Source: a virus
Taxonomy: Duplodnaviria; Caudoviricetes
Reading direction: 5' to 3' (one strand)
DNA length: 59,399 nucleotides
IMG/VR virus record: IMGVR_UViG_3300013126_000036
Location: 1 to 59,399 of that record
A program made the translations under genes and the position numbers. This document shows positions 7,102 to 16,976 of this stretch, one piece after another; position 1 is the stretch's first letter; each line of letters begins with the position of its first letter. Below the pieces are notes generated by a model. It saw nothing but the letters and a program-made list of their open reading frames with translations, made no database searches and was not told where the DNA came from.

Positions 7102-10100
7102 TTTCTTTCTCCATTCTAATAATATCTTCAATAACTGACTGAACTTTAGATGATGTATTGTTTTTAAACTTAAAAATATATTTGTGATTACCGTTTACCA
7201 TTTGCATGAAAACCGGTTTATCACCTTTTGTTGATTCAATTATATCATATATTTTTTCAATTAACGAGGGCGAAAAGCTATCATCTATTTCTAATATTAT
7301 TGCCTTGCCACTAGAAAATATTTTTGAATCAATTTTTTCAGAAGAATTATAATATAATTTAACTATTGAGTTTTCTTCATCCCCTTCTTTGTTAACTGCA
7401 CCATTCACTATCAGAATGTCACCCTTGGCAAAAGGTGAATCACCTAGGTTTTTTAGGGACTTAGGAAAGACTATGATTTCAATATCAGAAGATATGTCTT
7501 CCAATATTAACTTGTACATTTTCATTCCCTTTTTTGTAACTATTGGCTTTACGTCACTTAATATGCCGCCAATTTTTACTTGAGTATTATTTGGTAGTTC
7601 TGATAAATCGAATATTTCACAATCAATTTTTTTAGACAAAATATCCCATATGCCATTGACTGGATGATCGGTAACATAGATGCCTAATTCTTCTTTTTCT
7701 ATTTCAAGTAACTTAATTTCTTCAATTCTATTTAGCTCAGTAACTTGTATATCGAATAATTCATCAAGAGCACCAGCTTTAGCTAAGTGCTCTAATGTGC
7801 TTTTCTTCAAAAGAGTTGCACCACATCTTCTAAAGAAATCGTGCATATTGCTGTATGGATTTTGTTGGTCTCTAACTGAAACTATATTTTCTGCTATAGA
7901 GTTACCAATTCCGTTAATTGCAGATAATCCAAAAATTATAGAATTAGAATCTAGTACTTCAAAATCTATGCCAGAGTAATTAATCGAAGGCGGCATCACG
8001 TTAATTCCTAATTTTCTACAGTCTGCCAAATACAAAGATTGTTTATCTTTATTCCCTACAACAGAAGACATTAACGCAGCCATATACTCAACGGTATAGT
8101 TAGTTTTCAAATAAGCTGTAATATAGCTAATCATTGCGTAGCTTGCTGCGTGAGCTCTGTTAAAACCATAGCCTCCGAAATATTCAATATCAGAGAATAT
8201 TTTATTAGCTAGAATTTCAGTTAGGCCAGAGTTTTCAATGCAACCATCAACAAACTTTGATCGCATACTAGCAATTTTATCCATTAACTTTTTGCCAATG
8301 ACCTTTCTAAGATCATCCGCTTCAGCAGATGAGAAGCCTGCTAATTCTCTCGCCACCCCCAAAACGTCTTCCTGGTACAACATAATGCCAAGTGATGGAC
8401 CTAGTACTTTTTCTAGCTTAGGATGTTCGTATTTGACTCTACTACGCCCATGCTTGCGATCAATATACTCCTTGTCCATACCTGAGCCCATTGGACCCGG
8501 ACGATAAAGGGAAATCAAAGCCATGATATCTTCTATGTTTTTTGGTTGTAACTGCATCATCAACTGACGCATACCTGATGATTCCAGCTGAAAAACACCA
8601 ATGCAATTGCCTCGACACAATTGATCATAGGTATCTGGATCATCAAGGGGTATCTTGTCAATATCAACGTCAATGTTATGATGTTTTTTTATTAGCTTTA
8701 CACAAGAATCTATAATGCCTAAGTTTCTTAAGCCCAAGAAATCGATTTTCAGAAGACCACATTGCTCTACCCGACCCATATCCCATTGGGTAACCAAAGG
8801 GTTGTCAACGCCTTTTTGCATTACGGGAAGGTATTCTGTAAGAGCATCTTTAGAGATGACTATGCCAGCAGCGTGAATTCCAGTCTGCCTAACAAGTCCC
8901 TCAAGGCCGAATGCGGCATCAACTATTTTTTTGGCATTTTCGTCTTTGTTATACAGGGTGACAAAGTCGCCAACCTGCATGCATTCGCTCAAGTTTTTAG
9001 AGACACCAAGAACTGGTGGTGGGACCAATTTAGCTACGTTATCACCAGAGGAGAAATCGTATCCCAAAGCTCTAGCAGCGTCTCTAATTGATTGACGAGC
9101 ACCAGTTTTATTGAAGGTGCATATATGGGCAACATGATCGTGCCCATATTTGGTTCTGGCATAGTTGATAACTTCATCTCTATGCCTATCATCAAAGTCA
9201 AGATCAATATCTGGCATTGACTTTCTTCCCTCTACAAGGAATCTTTCAAACATCAAACCAAATTTAATTGGATCTAAATTAGTAATTCTAAACGCATAAG
9301 ACAATATACTTCCAGCCGCTGATCCTCTACCCCAGCCAACTCGTATTTCATTATTTTTAGCCCAGTTAACTAGATCAGAAACAACTAGGAAGTATTCAGG
9401 GAAGCCCATCTCCTTAACCACTCTTATTTCATGATGGGCCCTATCGATAATATGCTGAGGTAACGGATCCCCGTATCTTTCCTTTAAACCATTCCAGGCT
9501 AATCTTTCAAAGTATTGAGTTGATGTTTCGCTTGTAGGTATGGGAAAATTTGGAAAGTGTATATTGCCAAAATTTAAATTAAGATCAACCATATCACATA
9601 TGTGCATGGTATTTTTGAGCCACTCTGGCTGGAACTTCTTTTCCATATCCTCATAAGACTGCAAATAAAATTCGTCACCGCTAAAAGAAAATCTATTTGG
9701 CGTATCAATGGTTGCGTTAGTGGCAACGCACAGCATTATGTCGTGAGCACGAGCGTCGTGCTGATGAACATAGTGACAGTCTCCAGTAGGAACTATTCTT
9801 GCACCTATAGAATTGGCAATATCTATTAAGCCACTAGTTATCTTTTTCTGTTCAGACAAGCCGTGATCTTGAATTTCAATAAAATAATTTTCTTTACCAA
9901 CAATATCTTGCATCTTTTTTGCAGATTTAATTGCAAATTGGTAATCATCACGCAAAAGAGCCTGAGCTATTTCCCCATTTAAGCATCCGGAAAGAACAAT
10001 AATTCCTTCCGAATGTTCAGCTATAAGATCATGATCTATTCTGGGCTTAACATAATAGCCTTCTAAAAAAGATCTGGAAGACATTTTGATTATGTTATTA

Positions 10101-10429
10101 TAACCAGTATTATCTTTAGCTAATATTGTTATATGATATGGACCTCTCTGTTCCCATTCATTTTTTGCTGGACCAGAACGCTCCTCTTCATCTCTATCAA
10201 ATCTAGATTTTCTAGCTTGATAAAATTCTGAACCAAGAATAGGCTTTACTCCAGTTGCTTGGCCGGCATCATAAAAATCTAACCAAGAGTGTATGTTTCC
10301 GTGGTCGGTAGTAGCCAAGCCTCTCATTCCGAGAGACTTGGCTCTTTCCAAATACTGCTCTACTCTACCGTGACCATCGAGCATTGAATAGATTGTATGG
10401 TTGTGGAGGTTAGTCCAATTTTTCATCAA
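7094..10429 (-). CDS. dnaE: DNA polymerase III alpha subunit (family C)
   Basis: PHP domain LHNHT/DHG/GDCHY, GRGSAAGS, PDIDLDF, KIDFLGL, YGFNRAH, C-terminal OB fold. Confidence 0.97.
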   Translation of the reverse strand: MMKNWTNLHNHTIYSMLDGHGRVEQYLERAKSLGMRGLATTDHGNIHSWLDFYDAGQATGVKPILGSEFYQARKSRFDRDEEERSGPAKNEWEQRGPYHITILAKDNTGYNNIIKMSSRSFLEGYYVKPRIDHDLIAEHSEGIIVLSGCLNGEIAQALLRDDYQFAIKSAKKMQDIVGKENYFIEIQDHGLSEQKKITSGLIDIANSIGARIVPTGDCHYVHQHDARAHDIMLCVATNATIDTPNRFSFSGDEFYLQSYEDMEKKFQPEWLKNTMHICDMVDLNLNFGNIHFPNFPIPTSETSTQYFERLAWNGLKERYGDPLPQHIIDRAHHEIRVVKEMGFPEYFLVVSDLVNWAKNNEIRVGWGRGSAAGSILSYAFRITNLDPIKFGLMFERFLVEGRKSMPDIDLDFDDRHRDEVINYARTKYGHDHVAHICTFNKTGARQSIRDAARALGYDFSSGDNVAKLVPPPVLGVSKNLSECMQVGDFVTLYNKDENAKKIVDAAFGLEGLVRQTGIHAAGIVISKDALTEYLPVMQKGVDNPLVTQWDMGRVEQCGLLKIDFLGLRNLGIIDSCVKLIKKHHNIDVDIDKIPLDDPDTYDQLCRGNCIGVFQLESSGMRQLMMQLQPKNIEDIMALISLYRPGPMGSGMDKEYIDRKHGRSRVKYEHPKLEKVLGPSLGIMLYQEDVLGVARELAGFSSAEADDLRKVIGKKLMDKIASMRSKFVDGCIENSGLTEILANKIFSDIEYFGGYGFNRAHAASYAMISYITAYLKTNYTVEYMAALMSSVVGNKDKQSLYLADCRKLGINVMPPSINYSGIDFEVLDSNSIIFGLSAINGIGNSIAENIVSVRDQQNPYSNMHDFFRRCGATLLKKSTLEHLAKAGALDELFDIQVTELNRIEEIKLLEIEKEELGIYVTDHPVNGIWDILSKKIDCEIFDLSELPNNTQVKIGGILSDVKPIVTKKGMKMYKLILEDISSDIEIIVFPKSLKNLGDSPFAKGDILIVNGAVNKEGDEENSIVKLYYNSSEKIDSKIFSSGKAIILEIDDSFSPSLIEKIYDIIESTKGDKPVFMQMVNGNHKYIFKFKNNTSSKVQSVIEDIIRMEKENV

Positions 10430-10632
10430 ATTCCTCTGCCTCTGTTTGAATCATTCAAAGCCTGGTCTCTTATTTCTCTATATGTAATTATCACTACTCC
10501 ACCACAATACTTGCATGGAACTGGCTTACCCTCTTGAGCGAAGGGGCTCTTATACATATAACTGTCTGGCTGGTCTGAGTGGCACTCAGAACAAACACCG
10601 ACAACATCATCTGGATCTTTTATATTATCCAT
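10426..10632 (-). CDS. small zinc-ribbon protein
   Basis: CSEC...CKYC pair. Confidence 0.7.
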   Translation of the reverse strand: MDNIKDPDDVVGVCSECHSDQPDSYMYKSPFAQEGKPVPCKYCGGVVIITYREIRDQALNDSNRGRGI

Positions 10633-10635
10633 GGA

Positions 10636-11832
10636 TTATTCACCTCCTTTTTTAATACTTTTGTAGGCAAATCTGATTGGCGATGGAGAAGACTGATCTT
10701 GTGTCTCAACATATTTATCTCCAATTTTTACCCATTTATTTCTCTTTTCTAAAGCACATTCGCCACAACCAACGCCAACAGCATTTGCTCTTTCGCACGT
10801 ATATGGTCTTCCGCCAATTCCTAATTGTCTTCTTTTAATCCAATCATTAATGTGACTATTAGTTTTTTCTACATTGTAATCATCACAGTTACTTAATATG
10901 CCATGCAAAAACTTTATAGACTCATCGCTGTATGTAAGAATGGAGCACAAAAACAGTCTTGCCTCATGTTCTAAATATTTTTTATCTATAGCTTGCTGCC
11001 ATAATCTTTTTACTGCGGTACAGTTCTCTACAAGATGCTTTGCAGTAAATTCTTTTTCTGACTCCTGAAAAGACTTAAAAGCAGAAGAGCCATACTTATT
11101 AAAGTATCCAATAAAATCTTTAGATTTTTCTTTGTGCACTTCTAATTCATACGTAAAGCCCCTAAACCATTCATTGGCTTTGGCATTAAATGCCTGTTCT
11201 TGTACGGCATTATCTGCTGGCAATGAGCAGTATTTTAATATAGTTTGCATTCCAGATCTTAACATCTCTTCGTTGATAATATTTTTATACAATCCCGTAT
11301 CTTGATGCATGCTTCCAGGAAGTCTCCACATTCTTCTAGCGTCGTATACGCTAAAATCTAAAGACTGTATATTTAATTTTGATTTGATGCTTTCTGCTAT
11401 AAATCTAAATATATTTGGCAGATTATTAGAAGGATTAATACCTAGGGCAATAGCCTCACACTCAATATGAAAGCCTTTCTTGCCAGTAAAGTAAACTATT
11501 ATAGAACTCTTAGGAATGAAATTAGAAAGATAATCATACAACTGTATGCAGTCACGCAAAGATTGCTCTTGATCTTTGTTGTCAATATCAAAGTAAAGAG
11601 ATGACAGCCTAGTTGCAGAGTCTAAGTTGGTTTCATTGTATCTCCATACTGAGGTATATAAACCAGTATTATTATTTTGTGTAATAAAATTATTTAACTC
11701 AGCGTCAGTAATTAACACTGGCGCATCATTGTTTTTTATTCTAATAACTCTATCTAGATTCTTTACATACTTAGCTATCTCAAAATATTTCCAATTAGAA
11801 ATATACTTAGATTCATCCGCTGGCATTTTCAC
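10636..11832 (-). CDS. archaeo-eukaryotic primase (AEP) with PriL-like C-terminal domain
   Basis: Motif I YFDID, motif II TGKKGFH, RMWRLPGS. C-terminal NC...LEHEAR...PYTC...GCGEC...SP. Confidence 0.85.
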   Translation of the reverse strand: MKMPADESKYISNWKYFEIAKYVKNLDRVIRIKNNDAPVLITDAELNNFITQNNNTGLYTSVWRYNETNLDSATRLSSLYFDIDNKDQEQSLRDCIQLYDYLSNFIPKSSIIVYFTGKKGFHIECEAIALGINPSNNLPNIFRFIAESIKSKLNIQSLDFSVYDARRMWRLPGSMHQDTGLYKNIINEEMLRSGMQTILKYCSLPADNAVQEQAFNAKANEWFRGFTYELEVHKEKSKDFIGYFNKYGSSAFKSFQESEKEFTAKHLVENCTAVKRLWQQAIDKKYLEHEARLFLCSILTYSDESIKFLHGILSNCDDYNVEKTNSHINDWIKRRQLGIGGRPYTCERANAVGVGCGECALEKRNKWVKIGDKYVETQDQSSPSPIRFAYKSIKKGGE

Positions 11833-12023
11833 AATATTTTTACCTTAGTATCGTTATAAATATTAATTTTTGCGACAGACTGCTCAGCTAAACAGTCTGC
11901 ATTAGTTCTATAATAAACAGATTCTTTAATTATATCATCTAAATTATTAAGAATAAACGTTCTATTTATAATACGCTGCTGTTTACTCAGCTTGCTTTCG
12001 CCACTTTTCATTAATAAGCTCAC
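11829..12023 (-). CDS. hypothetical protein
   Basis: Short ORF bridging the HD and primase genes; start uncertain. Confidence 0.5.
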   Translation of the reverse strand: MSLLMKSGESKLSKQQRIINRTFILNNLDDIIKESVYYRTNADCLAEQSVAKINIYNDTKVKIL

Positions 12024-12660
12024 TATCCTCTATAACTGTATGAATTTTACTAGCAATATTATCAGCGACATGAACAATATAATCTAAATAAGTAATGGGA
12101 TAAGTTTCTGGAACTGGAGACCATGGCCCAAGATGACATCTAACCAATCGCAATATAGCTTGTATTGATTCCTCTGCTATAAATAAGCTTGTTGATTGAG
12201 AATCATTTCCATATTCTTTATCATATACCTGACAATTTTGCACAAATTTAGCTACCGTGTACGGGTGCATAGGGTCATAGTGAAACGAAGAGTCATCGTT
12301 AGCATCAGCTATACCCTTAGTCACATCATGAAGTAGGCAGGCAGCTATAATCACATTTCTTTCATCATCAGATAGAGAGTATGATTCCGCCAAAATTGCC
12401 GCCACTCTGACAACTCTCTTGGTATGTAAAACATTTCCACCCACACCATGCTCATCTCCGGGATGATATTTGCCTGAAAAGCTAGATGGAATATCCCAAA
12501 ATATTTGCGCCTTTAATAAAACAGATCTGACAAAAGATACTATAGAATCATCTGTGATTAGATTTATTTCATCTAATAGCTGACTAAGTACATCGTTCTC
12601 TGTCTCGAAAAAACTTTTTTTGTCTTCTTTAAGGATTTCATCCAAGAAATTTTTAGCCAT
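11983..12660 (-). CDS. HD-domain phosphohydrolase (YhaM-like HD subtype)
   Basis: PSSFSGKYHP...GGNVLHT, LLHDVTK, HP, CHLGPW, HVADNIA. Confidence 0.85.
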   Translation of the reverse strand: MAKNFLDEILKEDKKSFFETENDVLSQLLDEINLITDDSIVSFVRSVLLKAQIFWDIPSSFSGKYHPGDEHGVGGNVLHTKRVVRVAAILAESYSLSDDERNVIIAACLLHDVTKGIADANDDSSFHYDPMHPYTVAKFVQNCQVYDKEYGNDSQSTSLFIAEESIQAILRLVRCHLGPWSPVPETYPITYLDYIVHVADNIASKIHTVIEDSELINEKWRKQAE

Positions 12661-12670
12661 AATATAATGC

Positions 12671-13465
12671 TCACTTTACCTTTGTTTGAGTTGAAAAAGA
12701 CCACTTAGAACATGGTGTATCAAATGGACATTTTTTACAATAATATGTTAAACCTCGTCTAGGAACAAACACGTCTTTGTCCTCTATTGTAGCACACCAG
12801 TAGTTTATTGATTCTATATCTTGTTCAGTTATTTCGTATTCATTAAACTTTAAGTTGCTTGACATTAGATCAACATAGCCAAATTTTGTTGAAGAGATTT
12901 TACCTGGATGCAAATTTTTAAATGCTAAATACATTGAAGAAAAGTCAACTTGATACATTTGTCTATAGCTATTTTTGTAATTAAAAATAAATTTAACAAC
13001 ATAATTTTCGCCAGCATACCTATATATTAAATCAAACTTATCGTGTATTCTAACGGTCTTATCTACAGTAACAACATACTCATCTGCAATAGATAAAGGA
13101 ATTGCATCTAGATGACTATATGTCTCATGAAAGTTTAACAATATACTTGCAGCTTGAGCTGTCAAACTAGATGTATTGCCATAGGCGCTTTCATGCTGTT
13201 CTATAGTTAGATCATAATGAGTTGTATCTTTTGGAAACCATATTTTTTCCCACCTATTTAAAAGCGAGGCATATGATGGGGTGATGCCAGCCTGCTTCTT
13301 GAACCAAAAAAAGTTTATAATACTCTTTAAGCTATTTTCAAACTTTAATGCGTGTAGATCACGAGAATAGATTGTTTCAGGAAGCTTTTCTAGATATCTA
13401 TAATCATATAATCTCTCGCATGTTTGAAAGTCTTTTATCGAATCAGTACTTAAATCTATCATCAA
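12671..13465 (-). CDS. Cas4/RecB-like PD-(D/E)XK-fold protein with degenerate active site
   Basis: SIKDFQTCERLY and CKKCPFDTPC are retained. Motif III reads VVKFIF instead of (D/E)xK. Confidence 0.7.
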   Translation of the reverse strand: MMIDLSTDSIKDFQTCERLYDYRYLEKLPETIYSRDLHALKFENSLKSIINFFWFKKQAGITPSYASLLNRWEKIWFPKDTTHYDLTIEQHESAYGNTSSLTAQAASILLNFHETYSHLDAIPLSIADEYVVTVDKTVRIHDKFDLIYRYAGENYVVKFIFNYKNSYRQMYQVDFSSMYLAFKNLHPGKISSTKFGYVDLMSSNLKFNEYEITEQDIESINYWCATIEDKDVFVPRRGLTYYCKKCPFDTPCSKWSFSTQTKVK

Positions 13466-14925
13466 TCAAATCCTTCTCCGTTAAGCAGGTCTTGCAAATC
13501 GGTGCTTTCAGTATAGGAACTCTCGTTCACAACTTCATAGTCTTCGTATATTTTCTTCTCATCGTTATAGCGGACTAGTGGAGGATCATAAAGAAATGCA
13601 GAACCAGTTATTCTATTTTTAGGAATTTGCAGCTGCATAATATTTTCATCTTCAGTTTCATCATGAGTTGCTAAACGTTTTTCTGTAATAAAGATAGTAA
13701 CCGCACACTTCTGCTGAATAGCCAATGATCCACCTGTGTCAGATTGTTGAACAACCTCTCTTCTTTCTTTCATTCTATTTGCATTTTCTTGTGCGGTAAT
13801 TATCAAAACGCAATTCATATCTCTAGCTAGCTTTTCTAGTCTAACCATCATTTCCTCAAACTCACCCCAGCGAGGTTTACCTTTGCCATTACCTCTAGTG
13901 AACATTGACTGTATGGTATCAATTATCAAAACATCTGGAACCTTATCAGCATGGCCTATTAAGTCTCTAAGCCAAAACTCTAGATCTTCAAAGTATGGAG
14001 TATCAGGATCATGCCTAACCATAAGGCGATCACCCCACTTTTCTAATCTAGATTTAAAGATAGATATGTAATCTAGTTTTTCTTTTTGTGACCACTTTTC
14101 CGACTCAGAATAAACATTCTTGCCTATTATTTGAGTCATCAATATTCTTTCCCAGTGGCCAACAGCTTCCTCAAAATTAACATACAAAACTCTATAGCCA
14201 GTATCTAGCCAGTGATTAGCTAAACATTTTGTAAAAGTACTCTTACCCTTACCGGATGGCGCAATGACTGCGTGTACAGCCCCTTTAAAGAACCCTCCAT
14301 CTTCAGTATAACCCATAGCTCTATTGAGAGCCTTAAACTGTGTAGGCATGAAGCTAGGTATGTCTAGTAGGTCATCAGCTCTAGACATAATATCTGAAGC
14401 TGTCGTAAGCTTATCAAATGGATTATATTTTATAGAATTTTCTAGATCTTTAATCTTTGAAGTTAGATCAGATATCCTAGAGGTATCTTCTTCTGATTTA
14501 AGACCTTTTTTATTAATTAATATTTGAAGCTCTTGCAGATAATTTATCTGTTTACGCTTGTTTGCTTTGTGTCTAATTAGCTCTAAAACAGATTCTTTAC
14601 TACCGACATCTATGCTCAATACATAGTCTAGCATTATTGCTAGACCAGTATCTCCGCCCAGAGCATTGTAAATATCCGTTTCAGATTGCAGCCAAACCTT
14701 AAAGGCGACAGGATCTACTACATCAAGTCCAGTAGCACGATGAAAACCAAGTAGTGCCTCATAGAACTCATGGACACCTTTTTCTCCATGAATAATTCCA
14801 ACTATATCACTCGATAGATTATCATTAAAGAATTGTACGGCACCTGGTTGCTTTAGACATAAAGAGAATGCATGATACTCTATTGGAGAACCCTCTAAGT
14901 CAGATACTTCTTCTGCGGTCATCAA
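13462..14925 (-). CDS. DnaB-like (SF4) replicative helicase
   Basis: Walker A APSGKGKST, NFEE, Walker B LIIDTIQ, TAQEN, KNR. Confidence 0.9.
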   Translation of the reverse strand: MMTAEEVSDLEGSPIEYHAFSLCLKQPGAVQFFNDNLSSDIVGIIHGEKGVHEFYEALLGFHRATGLDVVDPVAFKVWLQSETDIYNALGGDTGLAIMLDYVLSIDVGSKESVLELIRHKANKRKQINYLQELQILINKKGLKSEEDTSRISDLTSKIKDLENSIKYNPFDKLTTASDIMSRADDLLDIPSFMPTQFKALNRAMGYTEDGGFFKGAVHAVIAPSGKGKSTFTKCLANHWLDTGYRVLYVNFEEAVGHWERILMTQIIGKNVYSESEKWSQKEKLDYISIFKSRLEKWGDRLMVRHDPDTPYFEDLEFWLRDLIGHADKVPDVLIIDTIQSMFTRGNGKGKPRWGEFEEMMVRLEKLARDMNCVLIITAQENANRMKERREVVQQSDTGGSLAIQQKCAVTIFITEKRLATHDETEDENIMQLQIPKNRITGSAFLYDPPLVRYNDEKKIYEDYEVVNESSYTESTDLQDLLNGEGFD

Positions 14926-15556
14926 TTTTGGAACCTTTTATTTTTCTGTACAATTTCTTTTTGTACTCAGAGTTTTTCTTTTTAGCTTCTTGATACGCTG
15001 GATTAGAGCTTATAGATTTTTTATGGATTGGCTTTGAAACAAAATCAGTTTCCCTTATTGCCGTTAACATTCTATCATATACAGCTTGTTCTGTTAGCAA
15101 ATCGTTATATCTAAAAACGATCAAAGCTATTCCATTGTCTATACAGTATTGTGCTTTTTTCTCATCTCTTTTTTGAGCTTGCTCAAAGTCATATTTTGAT
15201 TCAAAAAATCTACTAGTATAATAGAAATGCTGTCGGCCGTGATACTCTGCTGCAATTTTATACTTGGGACAGAAAACGTCAAACTTTAACTTATCCCCTA
15301 TATGATGCTCATTGACAATTTCTTCACCAGGAAGAAGTTTTTTCATTATCATTGTTAAAGCAGTTTGTCCTCTAGACATTTTTTTTCTAGAGTTTTTTAA
15401 CCATGATAAGCCAAGGGAATTTATTTTCTTATTAACTTCCGATACAGATACATCTAATTGTCTAGCAATTTCGCTTACGGAAAGCGATGTATCAAAAAGA
15501 AGATCGGTAAGAAAATTTATGTCATCTTCTTCTATCTTTTTATATTGCTTACTCAT
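14900..15556 (-). CDS. HTH plus Vsr/DUF559-like endonuclease
   Basis: N-terminal HTH SVSEIARQLDVSVSEV. FDVF...AAEYHGRQH...RDEKK. Confidence 0.75.
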   Translation of the reverse strand: MSKQYKKIEEDDINFLTDLLFDTSLSVSEIARQLDVSVSEVNKKINSLGLSWLKNSRKKMSRGQTALTMIMKKLLPGEEIVNEHHIGDKLKFDVFCPKYKIAAEYHGRQHFYYTSRFFESKYDFEQAQKRDEKKAQYCIDNGIALIVFRYNDLLTEQAVYDRMLTAIRETDFVSKPIHKKSISSNPAYQEAKKKNSEYKKKLYRKIKGSKIDDRRRSI

Positions 15557-16194
15557 GCAACACTTGCTGTTTGAGGAGTCTTGCTCAAACTTAATGTTTT
15601 TCCAAAATCCAATACCGACATGTTTAAGTTATCCCATATCTTAGAGGCCAAAGCTAAACCAAGAACACCGCAATCCATAATGCAGTAGTCGACTCCACCC
15701 TCAAACTCTGTTAGCTGGGCATATATGTTGTCTAGCTTTTCATAATAATTAGTATACGCAACATTGATTATGTGAGCGCCATTTCCAAAATGTTTTTGTA
15801 TTAGCTTCTTATCGTGAAAAGTAATAACAACACTTGGAGAATTCTTTACATAATAATTAACAGTTGAACTGTACACATCTTTATTGTTCATATAATAGTA
15901 TTCAAAGATATTGGAATAATAATAAGTTGCATTCTTATGTAAGCCTATCTTATAGTGCTTCCCATCTTCTATATCGGAAACTAAAGAATGAGATATAGCC
16001 TTCATCATCATGGGATCGTTATTTTTCAAGGAAGCAATTACGCTTTTTGCAAAATGCGAAGGAAAAGAATTATCAGAGTTTTTGCTTAATGCAATGATTG
16101 CTGACTTTGTGACGTTAATATAAGAAAACTTTTTATTCTTTTCAAGTGCCAGCGTAATATTTTTAATTGATTCAGCGGGATTAAGGCAGGTCAT
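15553..16194 (-). CDS. GT-D fold (DUF1792-like) glycosyltransferase-like protein
   Basis: C-terminal DYCIMDCGVLGLALASKIW...SVLDFGK resembles the GT-D signature. The N-terminal RFGDGE motif is absent. Confidence 0.5.
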   Translation of the reverse strand: MTCLNPAESIKNITLALEKNKKFSYINVTKSAIIALSKNSDNSFPSHFAKSVIASLKNNDPMMMKAISHSLVSDIEDGKHYKIGLHKNATYYYSNIFEYYYMNNKDVYSSTVNYYVKNSPSVVITFHDKKLIQKHFGNGAHIINVAYTNYYEKLDNIYAQLTEFEGGVDYCIMDCGVLGLALASKIWDNLNMSVLDFGKTLSLSKTPQTASVA

Positions 16195-16206
16195 TTTTTC
16201 TCCTAA

Positions 16207-16899
16207 TTATATACCAAATGTGCCCCAGTCAATTAAGACTGGATTCTCGTCTAATATTGAATTGATGTGATTTGCGTTATGGAATTTACCACCATCTATC
16301 TCTGAATATCTTGAATATTTATCCTTTTTATCTGAGTCATTGATGTAACCCAGGTGCTGCATGACTAAACCGGAATTAAGCCACCAATTTCTTTGACGAA
16401 TCCAATCTCCTACATATGTGGGTTCAGAACCGCAAGCAAGCTGTCTATTTGCAAATCCGCCATTAGGAACAAATCTAAATATTCTCGAGCTATTGTTTGG
16501 TGCCCACAGTTTGTCAACCCGATATTGAGAATCGTTCCACATATGATAAAATCTAACATTGACAACATCATTTGGCGATTGAGCCAAAACATCTCTTATG
16601 GGCAAACCATTAACATGGTGTAGCATTTCATCGCAATCTATGGCAACTATCCAGTCGCCAATAGACGCAAACTTCTCTAAATTACCCCACGCAAAAGCTC
16701 TCAGCTTACCTTCGTGTACCCTAAACAGTGGTTCAGGACTTTGGAAAACTTCTGCGTATTTTGCAGCTATTTCCATAGTATTATCATCTGAACAATCGTC
16801 TGTAAAAATAATTTTATCAACTTGTGAAGATAATCTTTCTAGAACATCTTCAAGGAATCTACCAGACTCATTCTTACCTATCATCTGAGCTATTATCAT
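16207..16899 (-). CDS. family 2 glycosyltransferase
   Basis: KNE, DDCSDDNT, DxD motif in AIDCDE, QHLGY. Confidence 0.85.
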   Translation of the reverse strand: MIIAQMIGKNESGRFLEDVLERLSSQVDKIIFTDDCSDDNTMEIAAKYAEVFQSPEPLFRVHEGKLRAFAWGNLEKFASIGDWIVAIDCDEMLHHVNGLPIRDVLAQSPNDVVNVRFYHMWNDSQYRVDKLWAPNNSSRIFRFVPNGGFANRQLACGSEPTYVGDWIRQRNWWLNSGLVMQHLGYINDSDKKDKYSRYSEIDGGKFHNANHINSILDENPVLIDWGTFGI

Positions 16900-16915
16900 T
16901 AAAAATCCAATCTCT

Positions 16916-16950
16916 AAAAACAGCTTGAGGGGGATTGCTCCCCCTCAAGC
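16916..16950 (-). terminator. intrinsic terminator
   Basis: Perfect 12-bp stem (16923-16934 / 16939-16950), GCAA loop and UGUUUUU tail on the minus strand. Confidence 0.9.
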
Positions 16951-16976
16951 CACAACAAATACGTTTGCTGAACTAC

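Noticed and set aside
11983-12660. HD protein as DatZ of a Z-genome pathway
   Set aside because: No purZ or mazZ in the window, and the motif pattern is closer to the YhaM-like HD subtype.
5549-13465. Cas4-like, HD and Prim-Pol genes as a CRISPR-Cas or adaptation locus
   Set aside because: No cas1/cas2, effector genes or array were seen. The context is a phage replication module.
16410-16592. Same-strand alternative-frame ORF inside the GT2 gene
   Set aside because: Only 60 aa with no recognisable motif, unlike the methyltransferase inner ORF; compatible with chance.
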